Positions 25,840 to 42,116 of a stretch of 64,000 nucleotides of DNA are shown in pieces. How positions within the stretch are numbered: the first letter of the stretch is position 1; every line of letters starts with the position of its first letter. The translations under genes and the position numbers were made by a program. The notes beneath the pieces are model-generated. The model worked only from the letters and a program-made list of their open reading frames with translations. It ran no database searches and had not been told where the DNA came from. Source of the stretch: Octopus vulgaris. Taxonomy: Eukaryota. Location of the stretch: the NCBI GenBank assembly GCA_951406725.2, contig OX597837.1:38130001-38194000 (forward strand), written 5' to 3'.

Positions 25840-25880
25840 TATGACTAGTTTCAGGTCTCAGAACTTCCATCGTCAGGGAT
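25840..25880 (-). ncRNA. Degenerate minimal hammerhead-like motif
   Basis: Minus strand CC-CUGACGA-UGG(AAGUUCUGAGA)CCU-GAAAC-UA-GUC. Core words are intact but stems I and II are eroded. Confidence 0.35.
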
Positions 25881-25989
25881 TGTTCACTGGAAGTAGAGTA
25901 CTTTAATGTTTTTATGGAGAAGTTGTTGTTTTTACGTCTCTAGGCCACGTTAGATATTCTTTCCAAGAAAGCAAGAATTCAGTCATTTT

Positions 25990-26178
25990 AATGTATGTAT
26001 GTATGTATGTATGTATGTATGTATGTATGTATGTATGTATGTATGTATGCAGGTATGTATGTGTGTATGTATGCATGTATGAATGTATGTATGCATGTAT
26101 GTATGTATGCAGGTATGTATGTATGCATGTATGTATGTATGTATGTGTGTATGTATATATGTATGTACGTATGTATGC

Positions 26179-26209
<31 letters not shown>

Positions 26210-26425
26210 CAGGTATGTATGTATGAATGCATGTATGTATGTATGTGTGTATGTATGTATGTATGTATGTATGTATGTATGAATGCATGTATGTATGTAT
26301 GTGTGTATGTATGCATGTATGTATGTATGTATATATGTATATATGTATGTATGTATGTATGCAGGTATGTATTTATGTATGCAGACATGTATGTATGTAT
26401 GAATGTATGTAAGTATGAATGAATG
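25990..26425. repeat. (TATG)n degenerate microsatellite (opposite-sense (CATA)n tract at 50070-50425)
   Basis: Directly visible tetranucleotide periodicity. Confidence 0.95.
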
Positions 26426-26465
26426 CAAGTATGTACAGACTCTTTGAAGTGGTGTACAGATTTTA

Positions 26466-26696
26466 TATATTGAGAAAAAGGAGGTAGTCAGGATCTTGGA
26501 GAAAAAAAGAAACATTTCTTTAGCGCTTTCATCTCTTTTGAGAGATTCATCATGCATAATGTATTTATAGAAATATATATGAATTTATGAATTTTCTATA
26601 AATGCATCATTCATGATGAGTCTCTTAGAAGAGATGAAAGCGCTAAATAAATAATTCTTATCAAAAATCTTGACTACCTTCTTTTTCTTAGTATAT
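26466..26696. mobile_element. Older imperfect fold-back element with eroded hammerhead-like motif
   Basis: GAGAAAAAGGAGGTAGTCAGGAT...TTTAGCGCTTTCATCTCTT..GAGA.TCATCATG pairs with CATGATGAGTCTCT..AAGAGATGAAAGCGCTAAA...ATCTTGACTACCTTCTTTTTCTT. The right arm reads AUGAUGA-GUCUC(UUAGAA)GAGAU-GAAA-GCGC-UA. Confidence 0.6.
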
Positions 26697-27307
26697 GTGT
26701 AAAAAAAAAAATAATTGTAGAGAGCATTCAGCGACATAGTAGATATTAATTATGTATTTTATTTTGGTCGAGGCAGTCTTTTACGACTCTGAGTTTCGCA
26801 TTTGAGTGGACAGGCTCTTCAGGCAATTTGTGACATCAAGGTGAGTGACTGTGGCAAAAGTAGGTTAATGTCAAGGGCCCTACCCAAACCATGTGCCTCT
26901 AGTTTGGAGAACGACAGTTGTGCGAGGGCTCGCGCCGTCGATTCTCAGGATGACCCTAGATCTGTAGGGCTCCTTGATTGGCCCCTAGTTGGAACATTTC
27001 CTGTATTAGGAGGACAACATCATTCATGTGTTTACGTATTTTTGTATACCATTTTATCTCTTAGTTTTTATCTGCTTTATTCATTGGACTGCGGTCATGC
27101 TGGAGCACCGCATTAAGGGGGGTTTGTGAGATCGAATAACACTAGTGCTTAGTTATTTTTTTGTCTTCACATACCTTTAATCTCTTTTCATCGTTTTTTC
27201 CTCTTTGTTTCTCCTCATCATTTAAGTAAACGATCACACAAAGTGTACACTGTCTTTGCAATGTCTCCCTCATCTATGCCCCTGTGAGACCCTCCTCCTA
27301 CTCATTC

Positions 27308-27339
27308 TCATCATCATCATCATCATCGTCATCATCATC

Positions 27340-27371
<32 letters not shown>

Positions 27372-27388
27372 CATCATCACCATCATCG

Positions 27389-27443
<55 letters not shown>

Positions 27444-27459
27444 TACTATTATTACTATT

Positions 27460-27532
<73 letters not shown>

Positions 27533-27785
27533 CTGTTGTTGTTTTTGCCATCATCATTCATTCTGTTGTTGCTGTTCTATTTCTTTTTCTTCTTAGTTTT
27601 CTAGTTATTATTATTATTATTAAAATTATATTTACTATCATTATTACCATTATCATTATTATTATCGCTATTCTTCGACATAACACATTATTGTTATCAT
27701 TATTAATATTATTACTATTATCATCGCCATTGACAACACCAATATTAATATTCTCATTATTATTAACATTATGCTTTTATTATTA

Positions 27786-27816
<31 letters not shown>

Positions 27817-27870
27817 TATTGTTGTTGTTGTTGTTGTTGTTGCTGTTGTTGTTGTGGTTGTTATTATCAT
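27308..27870. repeat. Compound triplet microsatellite (CAT)n-(TAT)n-(TGT)n
   Basis: Directly visible. Confidence 0.95.
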
Positions 27871-28096
27871 TATATAAGACTGCGTACTGCGCCAAGATGG
27901 ATGGCAAACAAAATGACGAACGATAAATTTGAATCGTTTTAAAGTGTCAGGTCTTGGCTGCCAGCAGTTTTCTCAGATGAATGCAGCCGAGAAAAGCGAT
28001 GTTTTGTCTCGTGACTATGACGTAGGCAATCACAACACGCAAGCCGACAGCATAATCACTTTATAGGCACGCACATGCGCAAACACACAGAAAGAT

Positions 28097-28139
<43 letters not shown>

Positions 28140-28148
<9 letters not shown>

Positions 28149-28650
28149 ACACACACATGTATATGCGCACACACGTTTACACACGCGCACACACACACAC
28201 ATATACACACACAAACACACACATACACACACACATGTATATGCGTACACACGTTTACACACGTACACACACACACATACACACACATATATACACACAC
28301 ACATACACACACATGTATATGCGTACACACGTTTACACATGCATACACACACATACACACACACAGGTACATGCGTACACACGTTTACACATGCATACGC
28401 ACACACATACACACACGCATGTATATGCGTACACACGTTTACACATGCATACACGCACACATACACACACACATGTATATGCGTCCACACGTTTACACAT
28501 GCACACACACACATACACACACATAGACAAACACACATACACACACACATCTATATGCGTACGCACGTTTACACACGCACACAAACACACACATACACAC
28601 ACACACACACACACATGCACATGCGTACACACGTTCACACACGTTCACAC
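28140..28650. repeat. Minisatellite of ~8 units with core CATGTATATGCGTACACACGTTTACAC separated by variable (CA)n
   Basis: Core recurs near 28157, 28234, 28312, 28366, 28418, 28472, 28548 and 28614. Confidence 0.8.
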
Positions 28651-28914
28651 ACATTGTTACAAGGGTGTATAATGAGTCAAATAGAAATGGAGTTTTATCG
28701 TGTGTGCACACATACGCTGTTGTTTATGTATGTGGGCATATATGACTCTGTGTGTGTGTGTGTATGCATGTGCGTGTATGTATGTGTGTGTGTGTGTGTA
28801 ATACACAAACGCTGAGGCATATACGAATGGTTATGTTCGTGTGTATGCGTGTATAATGCATATATACGAACATAACGAATATACATATATATATACATAC
28901 ATGTTCAGGTATGC

Positions 28915-28948
<34 letters not shown>

Positions 28949-29203
28949 TTCAACGCTTTGGTATATATAATTTGTGTATGTATATGTATGTATATATATA
29001 TAATGCGTGTGTGTATATGTATATGTATGTGTATGTATATATATAGAGAGATATACATGTGTATGTATGCATATATATATATATACATATCTATATATAC
29101 ACATACAATATATGTACTTGCATTCATACATGTACACATGCATAATTGTATACATATATATATATATATGTAAAAAAATATATATATGTATATATATATA
29201 ATT

Positions 29204-29234
<31 letters not shown>

Positions 29235-29426
29235 ATATGATTGCATTCATCCAGCCATGCATGCATACACACACATGCATACATACATACACACATACAA
29301 ACATACATACACACAAACATACATAATACATAATACATGCATACAAACATATGAACATACATGCATATATATATAGATATATATATTCATGCACACATAC
29401 AAAGTTTCCTTAATCAAAACTACTGA

Positions 29427-29522
<96 letters not shown>

Positions 29523-29524
29523 GT

Positions 29525-29582
<58 letters not shown>

Positions 29583-29691
29583 CCGAAATTGCGAGGATGA
29601 TCCGGTTCTTGACTGAAGATTAGAGGCTTCGAATTACCCGTCCGTGTTTTTTGCATCGTCTATTTGAATGTTTTGCGTTCTTGTCCCATTT

Positions 29692-29749
<58 letters not shown>

Positions 29750-29907
29750 TGTGTGTGTGTGTGTGTGTGGATATATATATACATGCATACACACATACAC
29801 CCATACATATATATATATATATATAATAAGATATATATATATATATATAATTTATCGATTGAGTATATTGAGCGTAATATCTCAACTTCGTAAATTATGG
29901 AATTTAC

Positions 29908-29958
<51 letters not shown>

Positions 29959-30357
29959 TATTCACGCACAAATACGTATATACATACATATATGTATTTA
30001 TATATTTATTAGTAATATACGTAATATATAGCAATTTGTGTCACGTATAACAATGCTTCATTGCAAACAGTCGTGTATACAAGGGAACAATAATTACATT
30101 AATGTTTATTTAATAACAATTAGTCAAAATAGTAATTAGTTAATTTCGTTTGTTTTTGAGTTTATCTACGGACAACCACTCACACATACACGCACAGGAA
30201 TTTATATACACGGACTTTTCTACAATAGACATGTACACGGCTGCGCGAGACACTCAATGCCGTAAGACTTGTACAATACATATTCATATATAGACACACA
30301 CATATATACATTTATACATGCATATATATATTTATATATATATATATATATATATGC

Positions 30358-30445
<88 letters not shown>

Positions 30446-30577
30446 GTATGTATATATACATATATATGTATGTATATATGTATTAATGGTCATATATTTA
30501 TACCACCCATATATGTTGATGCGAACGTGGTTTTAGGTGCGAACCTGGGCCAGCAGACTATATTATATCTGTGTGCG

Positions 30578-30713
<136 letters not shown>

Positions 30714-30800
30714 CTACTGGGGTGATATATATACATATATATAATACTTTATTTGTTCCACATCCTCGCGTTGTTGTCTTTTTGTTTTCTTGTTTGCATT

Positions 30801-30885
<85 letters not shown>

Positions 30886-31494
30886 TATATGCATAATATA
30901 TATATATATATATATATATACATGCATACATACACATGCATACATTGTACATACATATGTATGTATGTATGTATGCATATATGTATATATATATATATAT
31001 AGATAGTTAGATAGGTAGATATGTATATATTTATATATGTACGTATATTTATATGTATATATATATGTATGTATATACACACACACACACACACACACAT
31101 ATATGTATATATATATATGTACCCATAAGCATTTATATACAATCTCACACTATGATACTCACATACACGGACAAACCTTCGACAGAAAGAGAGTGAGAGA
31201 ATGAGAGAGAGAGAGAGGGGGAGAGGGGGGTAGTGTGTGCGCTTGTGTGCATGTGTGCGCGTGTGTATGCGTGTGCATGTGCGTGAGTGTGTATGTGTAT
31301 GTATGTGGCTGCTTTAAACGTCTACGTAGCACACAACAATGCTTGGTAAGTCGAATACCGGCGGTGGAGTGGGGGGAGGGGGAGGAAAGGTAGAATGATG
31401 GGTGCGGGGGAATCGGCGGTGTTTCCTGTCAGCAGGTGGAGGCAGGAACCAGTTAACGTGCAGCTAGCGATTAGAGAACCTTCAGGCCATCGAT

Positions 31495-31525
<31 letters not shown>

Positions 31526-31743
31526 GAAGGCAGAGCCGATGCCGTTCAAAGCCAGCGGCATGAATCATTGCTGTTGGTTGGTTGATAAAAGCCATCGCTA
31601 ACTCTCACTTCGCAATATATCGATGATGAAGCAGGCAGGCGCACGACCAAACCAGCCCACTCGCAACTATCGCCGCATAGTTCGAGCCTGCCTATTGTTG
31701 TTGTTAATGCTCTTATTGTTGGTGGTCATGATGTTGTTTGGAG

Positions 31744-31806
<63 letters not shown>

Positions 31807-32506
31807 CTCTTTCTTTCTTTCTTTCTTTCTTTCTCTCTGCCTTCCTTCCTTTCATTCTTTCTTTCTTTCTTTCCCTCTTTCTTTCTCTTTTCTTTCTTCG
31901 TTTTTCTTTCTTTCTTTCTTCCTTCCTTCCTTCCTTCCTTCCCTCCCTCCTTCCTCTCTTTCTTTCTTTTTCTTTCTTTCTTTCTTTTTTCCTGTCTTTC
32001 TTTCTTTATGTATGTATGTATGTATGTATGTATGTATGTATGTATGCATGTATATCTTGGTGTATTTTTCTTTTTGGCCCGGTGGCTCTTCCGTAGTTTC
32101 GAAGGTAACCTCGCACCCTGAAATGTGTGTGTGCGTTTGTGTGTGAGCCGTCCTGCAATCTGTATGTGTGAGTTGTGTGTGTGTGCGTGTTGTGTGTGTG
32201 TGTGTGTGTAAGCCGTCACCCCATCTCTGCGTATGAGATGTGTGTGTGTGTGTGTGCGTGTGGATGGGTGTGTCAGCCGCTACCCATCTGTATGTGTGTG
32301 TGTGTGTGAGCCGTCCCCTCAACTGTATATGTGTGCGAATGTGTGTGTTAGCCGTACCCCTAACTGTATGTTTGAGTTATGTGTGAGTTATGTGTATATA
32401 TTTATATATATTATGTGTGTGTACGTGCGTGCATAGAAATTTTAACGCAATTGCGAACACAAATATACTAACATATACATTCATAGACACGCTTGCACAC
32501 ACGAAC

Positions 32507-32565
<59 letters not shown>

Positions 32566-32668
32566 TCCGAATACATAACTTCTTTCATTTTACCTATCTT
32601 TCCTTCTCTCTCTCTCTTTAGCTATCTATATCTATCTGCCATATATATATATACACACATGCATACCA

Positions 32669-32707
<39 letters not shown>

Positions 32708-32763
32708 CATGTATATATAATGTCTTAATGTGTAAGAGAAACGTGTGAAGTCTGAATGTGTGC

Positions 32764-32823
<60 letters not shown>

Positions 32824-33514
32824 ATATATTTATATATATATTGTATTATACACACCCGAGCACGTATATACTGCCGCGAGCACACTTATACATAAGCATT
32901 ACAATGTATGCACACACAGACACAAACACACACACACACACACCATTATAATTCGGTGTCATGTATGTAGAAAGTTTATACAAATAGAAACCACGTAGAG
33001 CACTTCAATCCAACATTATACACACTTTCACCGATACACTTTGACCTCTTATCCTCTCTGACCACCCCCCTTCCTCTTTCGCCCTCTTCTTTCATTTCGC
33101 TTAATCTTTCTCCCTCTGACTTCCACACCCTCCGTCCTTCATTCCCTCCCACTTTCCAACTTCTTTTTCTTTCTCTTCTTTTTCCCAACCTCTCCCTTTC
33201 TCCTTCCTCTCTGTTACATTCTTCCCTCTTACCATCACCACTATTCCAAATAGCATCTGTCACCCATCCCATCTCGCCATACTCCTTTCCTTACCGCTCC
33301 TCTCTTTCCCTCTCTCCTTCTCTCACTCTTATATATATATATATATATTGTATATACACGTACATATTCATATGTGCATGTATTTTATATATGTATGGGG
33401 GTGGTATGCGTGTTTGTATATCTGCATGCACATTCACATACACACGCACGCATGTATACGCATGTTATACAATTCATTTTAGTATGTATAATATATATAA
33501 ATATATATACATAC

Positions 33515-33577
<63 letters not shown>

Positions 33578-33580
33578 TAG

Positions 33581-33619
<39 letters not shown>

Positions 33620-33983
33620 AAAATGGATAGGTCTATGTATGTGTATATATACATGCGTATATGGATATATACATGGGTGTGTGTGTGCCAGTGTGTGTGC
33701 GTGCGCGTGTGTGTATATCAGTGTTTGGCATTATATAGTTGAAGAGCCAGTTACAAAAGCATTTGAAATATGAGTGCAAAAGGTGGAATCGAACTTCAGA
33801 TCTGCCTCTTGCAAATTACATTAACAATTTCAAACGTCGACATTGAGCGACATTGAGCATCGCAGGTTCGATTTCCGGTCAGGACTCTTGTTGTGTCACA
33901 AACTGCAAGTTTTTGGTTTAACGCGTACGCGGATGCCTACATGCACATGTTTGTATGTGTGTGTATGTGTGTATGTATATGTG

Positions 33984-34038
<55 letters not shown>

Positions 34039-34089
34039 GCATACATACATACACACACACACACACACAGAGACACACACACAAACATA

Positions 34090-34136
<47 letters not shown>

Positions 34137-34646
34137 TAGATAGATAGACAGATAAAATCATACATACAAACTAATTTATCCATATTGATATACATATAAT
34201 TGCATGCATACACATATATATACATACATGTATATGTATATGTAAATCGCCATATATATATATATATTTATATATATGCACGCATACATATACTTGTATA
34301 TATTGTTATGTATACATAGATGTGTATATACATGTATGTGTATATGTGTGATGTTTGTTGGTATGTATGTATATATGCATAGGTATATGTATGTGCATGT
34401 GTGCGTGTGTTTCTGTGTGTGTGTCTGCGTGTGTAATGTGTGGGTATGATCGTTTACTCCCCGCAAACCTTCAATAACTCTGCATATTTCTTTGGAGTGG
34501 TTGCACGTGATCAGGCCAAAGTTCCATTAACTTCCACGCCTATACCACCACTACCACCACCACCACCACCACCAATATATTTTTTTCCGTTGCTTTTCTT
34601 TCACTTCTTTCTTCTCCTATATCTATCTACTTGCCTGTCTACCTTT

Positions 34647-35251
<605 letters not shown>

Positions 35252-35255
<4 letters not shown>

Positions 35256-35836
35256 ACCGCAGGGGACAAATATCTTAGTTTTACCTTCTGGACGACAGGG
35301 GACACATATCTTAGTTGTACCTTCTGGAGTACAGGGATAAATATCTTAACCGTGCCTCTGGACCTCAGGGGACAGATATCTTAGTTGTGCCTTCTGGACG
35401 GGCCGCAGGGGACAAACATCCTAATCGTGCCTTCTGGACGGCAGGGGACAAATATTTTAGTTGTGCCTTCTGGACCGCAGGGGACAAATATCTTAGTTTT
35501 GCCTTCTGGACGACAGGGGACACATATCTCACTTCTGCGTTCTGAACCGCATGGGACAAATGTTTTAGATTTGCCTTTTGGATGACAGGGGGCACATATC
35601 TTAGTTGTACCTTCTGAACCGCAGGGCACAAATATCTTAGTTATGCCTTCTCGAGTGCAGGGATAAATATCTTAACCGTGCCTCTGGACCGCAGGAGACA
35701 GATATCTTAGTTGTGCCTTCTGGACGGACCGCAGGGGACAAACATCTTAGTTGTGTCTTCTGGACCGCAGGGGACAAATATGTTAGTTCTAGCTTCTGGA
35801 CCGCCGGAAGCAAATATCTTAGTTTTGCCTTCTGGG
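35252..35836. repeat. 36-bp minisatellite, ~16 copies, with higher-order duplication
   Basis: Unit CTGGACCGCAGGGGACAAATATCTTAGTTGTGCCTT. A diagnostic variant series recurs at 35324 and 35650. Confidence 0.95.
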
Positions 35837-36217
35837 CTTCAGTGGACAGTGGACAAGGTGTCCACAGTTTGAAGGTATTTCGCTATTTTTCTCTATGGAA
35901 AAATGATGCTGGAAATGTGATTCCTACATGTCAACTAATCGTAAATGTTGACATTAAAACTGTTCGTAAACAACACCGTAAACAATTCGTAAACAGCAAT
36001 GTAAACAACAATGTAAAGCCCTCGTAAACAGCAACGGACAATAATCCGGAAACAACACCGTAAACAAGTAAACAAGACCGTAAACAAGTAAACAAGACCG
36101 TAAACAAATCGTAAACGGCAAATCGTAAACAATAACAACCACAACAGTAACAACAATAAGATCAATAAACAGTAACGACAACACCATTTACAGCGGAACC
36201 GACGACAGTAACAGCAG

Positions 36218-36590
36218 TGGAGGCGCAATGGCCCAGTGGTTAGGGCAGCGGACTCGCGGTCGGAGGATCGCGGTTTCGATTCCCAGACCGGGCGTTGTGT
36301 GTGTTTATTGTGCGAAAACACCTAAAGCTCCACGAGGCTCCGGCAGGGGGGTGGTGGTGGCGACCCCTGTTGTACTCCTTCGCTCCAACTTTCTCTCTCA
36401 CTCTTTCTTCCTGTTTCTTGTCCTCCCCAACTTCCTACGCAACCGCTGAGCCTGGATGCACATTCATCCATCCGTCGATGCTGTCGGTGTCGGGGGTTGA
36501 CCTGCTTTCTCTTCTGCGGGTCTTATGAATAGCAAAGGACCAGGTTTCGGACTTCTCCCACTAATGGGACGAAGACCGCTTCGCTCAACA
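36218..36590 (+). mobile_element. tRNA-derived SINE, family D
   Basis: GGAGGCGCAATGGCCCAGTGGTTAGGGCAGCGGACTCGCGGTCGGAGGATCGCGGTTTCGATTCCC (A and B boxes), then a body shared with 42700-42867 and 57517-57680. Confidence 0.85.
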
Positions 36591-36608
36591 CACAAACAGT
36601 AACAGCAA

Positions 36609-36647
<39 letters not shown>

Positions 36648-36887
36648 GAAGAACAACAACATTAACAGCAATAACAAATATGGCCGAAATGCTTTTTATC
36701 ACAACAACAATACAATCGACTCGGCTGGGAATAAGTTTCAGAAGTGAAATAAACCCGTGGGGGACTAGCGACCCATTCAGGGGACAGGAGACATGTGCAG
36801 ATGTTATCTTACGCGTAGCCGACAGATGCTAATATCTATCTATCTTATATATATAGGCATGTATATATACATGCCTATATATATATG

Positions 36888-37250
36888 TATTCTTTTAATT
36901 GTTTCAGTCATTTGACTGTGGCCATGCTGGAGTACTGCCTTTGGTCGAGCAAATCGACCCCAGGGCTTATTTTTTGTAAGCCTAATACTTATTCTATCGG
37001 CCTCTTCGATCGAACCGCTATGTTACGAGTACGTAAACACACCAGCATCGGTTGTCAAGCGATGTTGGGGGTATAAACACAGACAGACAGACACACACAC
37101 ACATATCTGTCAACCAAATCCACTCACAAGGCTCCGGTCGGCCCGAGGCTTTAGTAGAAGTCACTTGCCCAACTTGCCACACAATGGGACTGAACCCGGG
37201 ACCATGTGGTTGGTAAGCAAGCTACTTACCACACAGCCACTACTGCACCT
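36888..37250 (-). mobile_element. SINE family A, near full length
   Basis: Reverse complement of the family A consensus seen at 8936-9324. Confidence 0.85.
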
Positions 37251-37255
37251 ATATG

Positions 37256-37325
<70 letters not shown>

Positions 37326-37411
37326 CATACATCTATATATATATATATATATAAATATTCATATATATATATATATACACACACGCACACACACACATAC
37401 ACACACACACA

Positions 37412-37493
<82 letters not shown>

Positions 37494-37609
37494 GATATAG
37501 ATATATATTTAATATATGATATACAAGCATGAAAAAGTGATTACCTAACTATCTGTTATAGCATTCTAAGTTAAATCATTTTGGAACATGTTAAATAAGG
37601 TAATGATGA

Positions 37610-37912
37610 TTAGAATAACAAGGGGCACTCCGTTGGTTACGACAACGAGGGTCCCAGCTGATTCGTGTAACTGGCTGAGCACTCCACAGACACGTGTACC
37701 CTTAGCGTACCTATTAGGGAGATTCAGCGTGACACACAGTGAGACATGGCCTGCCCTTTGAAATACAGGCACTGCTCATTTTTGCCAGCTGAGTGGACTG
37801 GGGCAAGGTGAAAATAAAGTGTCTTGCTCAAGGACTCGACGCGTTGCCGAGAATTGAACACACGATCTTACGATCGCCAGCCGAATGCCCTGACCACCAG
37901 GCCACGCCCATT
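37610..37912 (-). mobile_element. SINE family C head (minus) adjoining a plus-strand SINE body segment also present at 15285-15460
   Basis: CTCATTTTTGCCAGCTGAGTGGACTG...GTGTCTTGCTCAAGGA...CCACCAGGCCACGCCC. GGTTACGAC.ACGA...GGCTGAGCACTCC...GGGAGATTC.GCGTGACAC is shared with 15.3 kb. Confidence 0.7.
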
Positions 37913-38238
37913 CAATGATGATTAAGATAAGATGAATAATAAAAGAAAAAGAGTACAAATAATTCGAATAAAATTATAAATGAAACTAAAATGGTGTGGT
38001 TCCTAAAAAATGTTTAAAAAATAAAGTACTGTACAATATGTATGTATGGATGGATGCAGGGATGGATGGATGTAATTGTGTGAGAGTGCGTGTGAGCGTG
38101 TATATATGTGTATATATATATGTATATACATTCATACACACACACACACGTATTTATATACATAAGTGAATACATTCTATATATATGTATGTATAAATAT
38201 GTATATATATATATATATATACATATATACATACATAC

Positions 38239-38270
<32 letters not shown>

Positions 38271-38349
38271 GTATATATATTATACATATTTATATATACA
38301 TAGAATGTACTTATTCATGTATGTATATATATGTGTGTATGAATGTATT

Positions 38350-38389
<40 letters not shown>

Positions 38390-38430
38390 AGTGCACTCAT
38401 ATATAAATGGATATATATACATTCCTATAA

Positions 38431-38469
<39 letters not shown>

Positions 38470-38869
38470 AAAGGATAGGACCAATATATGTATATATAAA
38501 TATGTATATATATATGAATATATATAAAGATGCACATATGAATATATATAGATGCACATATCGATGTGTATATAAATAACAGGAATGTGTTTGTGTGTGT
38601 GTCTATATGTGTGCGCCCGTGCTCGTCGGGGCAATGAGGAAGCCTTTCGCAAAGTAGCCGAAATAGCAGCGAAATGTCTCTCACATAGCCACCAGATGTC
38701 CGTGGAAAAATTAATAAAACAAACCGCAAGAGTGTGTGTATGAAATGTTAAACACACACTTATGTGGAAGAAGCCTAAATAAATAAAAAGGATGGTCAAG
38801 CAACAACGAAAATGAAGTATAATTTGTGTGTGTATATATGTATATCTATGTGTATTTAAATATATATAT

Positions 38870-39243
<374 letters not shown>

Positions 39244-39493
39244 TGAATATATATACATACATTCCTTCAGAGATGGGGATTTATACCTTACGTGTGTCAT
39301 GTGTGTATGTGTGTGTGTGTTTGTGTGTATATACATAAATACATACATGCAAGCATTCCTACATACATATATACTTAAAATACATAAATACGTACATATA
39401 AATATATAGATATTGTGATACGTATATGTGTGTGTGTGCATGTCTGTAAATTTATCAATCAATCAATCAATCCATCAATCAATCAATCAATCA

Positions 39494-39661
<168 letters not shown>

Positions 39662-39666
39662 GTCTG

Positions 39667-39699
<33 letters not shown>

Positions 39700-39834
39700 T
39701 TATTTATCTATCTATCTATATGTTTATATAAATACTTATATATGTATATACAAACATACATGCATATATATCTATGTGTGTGTATGTATGTATATTTACA
39801 TGCATAAATAGATACTTATATATCTATATATATA

Positions 39835-39888
<54 letters not shown>

Positions 39889-40156
39889 TATATATTTATA
39901 TATATTATACACACATATATCTATGTATGTATAGGTTTAATACAATATTCGTTCTTATCATCAAGGCTTGCAAATATATAGAATTTCATACACATTCTCA
40001 GATGATAGTGTCTACAAAGAAAGAAAACAAATGAAAATAACTGTATACATATATACATATATGCATATACACGTATATACACATTTACACATGTATATAC
40101 ACGCATACACATATATATATACATACATACATATATGATATATATATACATATATA

Positions 40157-40208
<52 letters not shown>

Positions 40209-40406
40209 CATATATATATGTCTGTATATACGTTAATTGAGGCTACATACAGCAAAGTCATTAAATATAACTGAGCGTGTATAATTTTATATGAAAGGAT
40301 AGTTGCTAGTAGTATGTTAGTGACTTTTGATAAGTTTCATATTAATATTTCAATCACCATGGTGATGCTCAAAGGTGGGTTTAATGTAGATCCGTCCCCC
40401 AATGCA

Positions 40407-40450
<44 letters not shown>

Positions 40451-40821
40451 TTGCTATTATGCAAAAGTGTCGTAAGTCCAAAACGTTGATTTTTTTTTTT
40501 TTCAGAAAACGAAAAAAATGATTTTACCATTCCATAGCAAAACTGTTGTACTATACTTTGATAATTTTTGATATCTTGCCATCGGTAGCAGCTGGAGATA
40601 CGATAGTTTGGCCCAAAGAACTCGGCTATTGCAAGCAAAAATATATAATGAAAAAAGAATGCATTTAGAGGAACACTTCGTCCGTCTATATTTTCCGAGT
40701 TCAAATTCCGCTGAAGTCGAATTTACTGATCATCCCACCAGGGGCTGATAATTCAAGTGACAGCCGAAAACTGCAGACCTTGTGCCTAGAGCAGAAGGAA
40801 TATATATATATATATATATAA

Positions 40822-40920
<99 letters not shown>

Positions 40921-40929
40921 ATACATATA

Positions 40930-40991
<62 letters not shown>

Positions 40992-41468
40992 TATATGTGT
41001 GTGTGTGTGTGTATATGTATATATGGGTGTATGTACTCTTAAAAGCGTACATACACGCATCAATGTGTGCCTCATATGTGTAACCATAGCGATATATATA
41101 AGAAGCCGGTACAATAAGTTCCAGGCTTACAAGGAGTAAGTCCTGGGGGCGATTCGCTCGACTAAAGGTGGTGCTCCAGCATGGCCGCAGTCCATGAAAC
41201 AAATAAAAAGTTAAAGAATAAGAGAAAACATGCATCTATGTGTCTGTGGTTTTCCCTGTGCAACTTGATGTGTGTGTGTGTTGGTGTGTGTGTTTGTGTG
41301 TTTGTGTGTGTGAGTGCTCATAGTCCACCGCGGCTCGAATTGTTGTCTTTTAACCACAATACATACTAGAGAAATGTCGTGACCGCATGTACTTTTACAA
41401 CTGTGCCCCTCCCAACCCCCATTACTCACTTCCTCACTCCAAGATAAGCATAGGCTTGTGACTGATCG

Positions 41469-41533
<65 letters not shown>

Positions 41534-41534
41534 C

Positions 41535-41836
41535 CATTGACCGAGGTTACCGTGGTCTTTTCCGTAGGCTTTTCTTTCCACGGGTAAACCTCACCTGTCC
41601 TCCCCTTTACACTTCATATTGACATTTCTGTGATAACGATCCCTATTGATCAATTTTTTTTTCCCTCTCCCCCTTTTTTTTAACCCCCCTTTTTTGTCCT
41701 CTTTCTCTCTTTTTACGATCCCTTTTGATCGAAACTCCCCCCTTCATTTTTTTTTTTTTTATCCTTCAAAAGAAAAGCTCTACCTTGTAATTTGTTCTAT
41801 CTGTGTGCAGCCCTGTGTGGCTAATAAAGAAACATA
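41535..41836 (+). mobile_element. Tx1-like LINE, severely 5'-truncated (3' UTR only), flanked both sides by (TCTA)n
   Basis: Nearly identical to 2446-2766. (TCTA)n lies at 41470-41533 and from 41837. Confidence 0.92.
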
Positions 41837-41850
41837 TCTATCTATCCATG

Positions 41851-41915
<65 letters not shown>

Positions 41916-41918
41916 CTC

Positions 41919-42063
41919 TGTGTGTTAAGTAGCTTGCTTACCGGCCACACGGTTCCGGGTTCAGTCCCATTGCGTGGCACCTTCGGCAAGTGTCTTCTAC
42001 TAAAGCCTCGGGCCCACTAAAGTCTTCTGAGTGGATTTGGTAGACGGAAACTGAAAGAAGCCC

Positions 42064-42116
<53 letters not shown>

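Noticed and set aside
29580-29693. TA-flanked insert with CTGAAGA...GAAT as a hammerhead
   Set aside because: The GAAA core and stems are not intact. It is probably a repeat fragment, but a ribozyme call is unsupported.
35315-36027. Repetitive ORFs (WTAGDKYLS repeats)
   Set aside because: These result from a 36-bp unit divisible by three, and the frames are interrupted.
36218-36290. tRNA gene (also other SINE heads)
   Set aside because: A and B boxes are present but there is no closed acceptor stem, and it continues into a multi-copy SINE body.
38686-38704. CTCF-like word GCCACCAGATGTCCG
   Set aside because: It is a single partial match, expected by chance in 64 kb.
40450-40660. Possible mariner C-terminal fragment on minus strand
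   Set aside because: Only a vague RW-containing resemblance, with no diagnostic motif.
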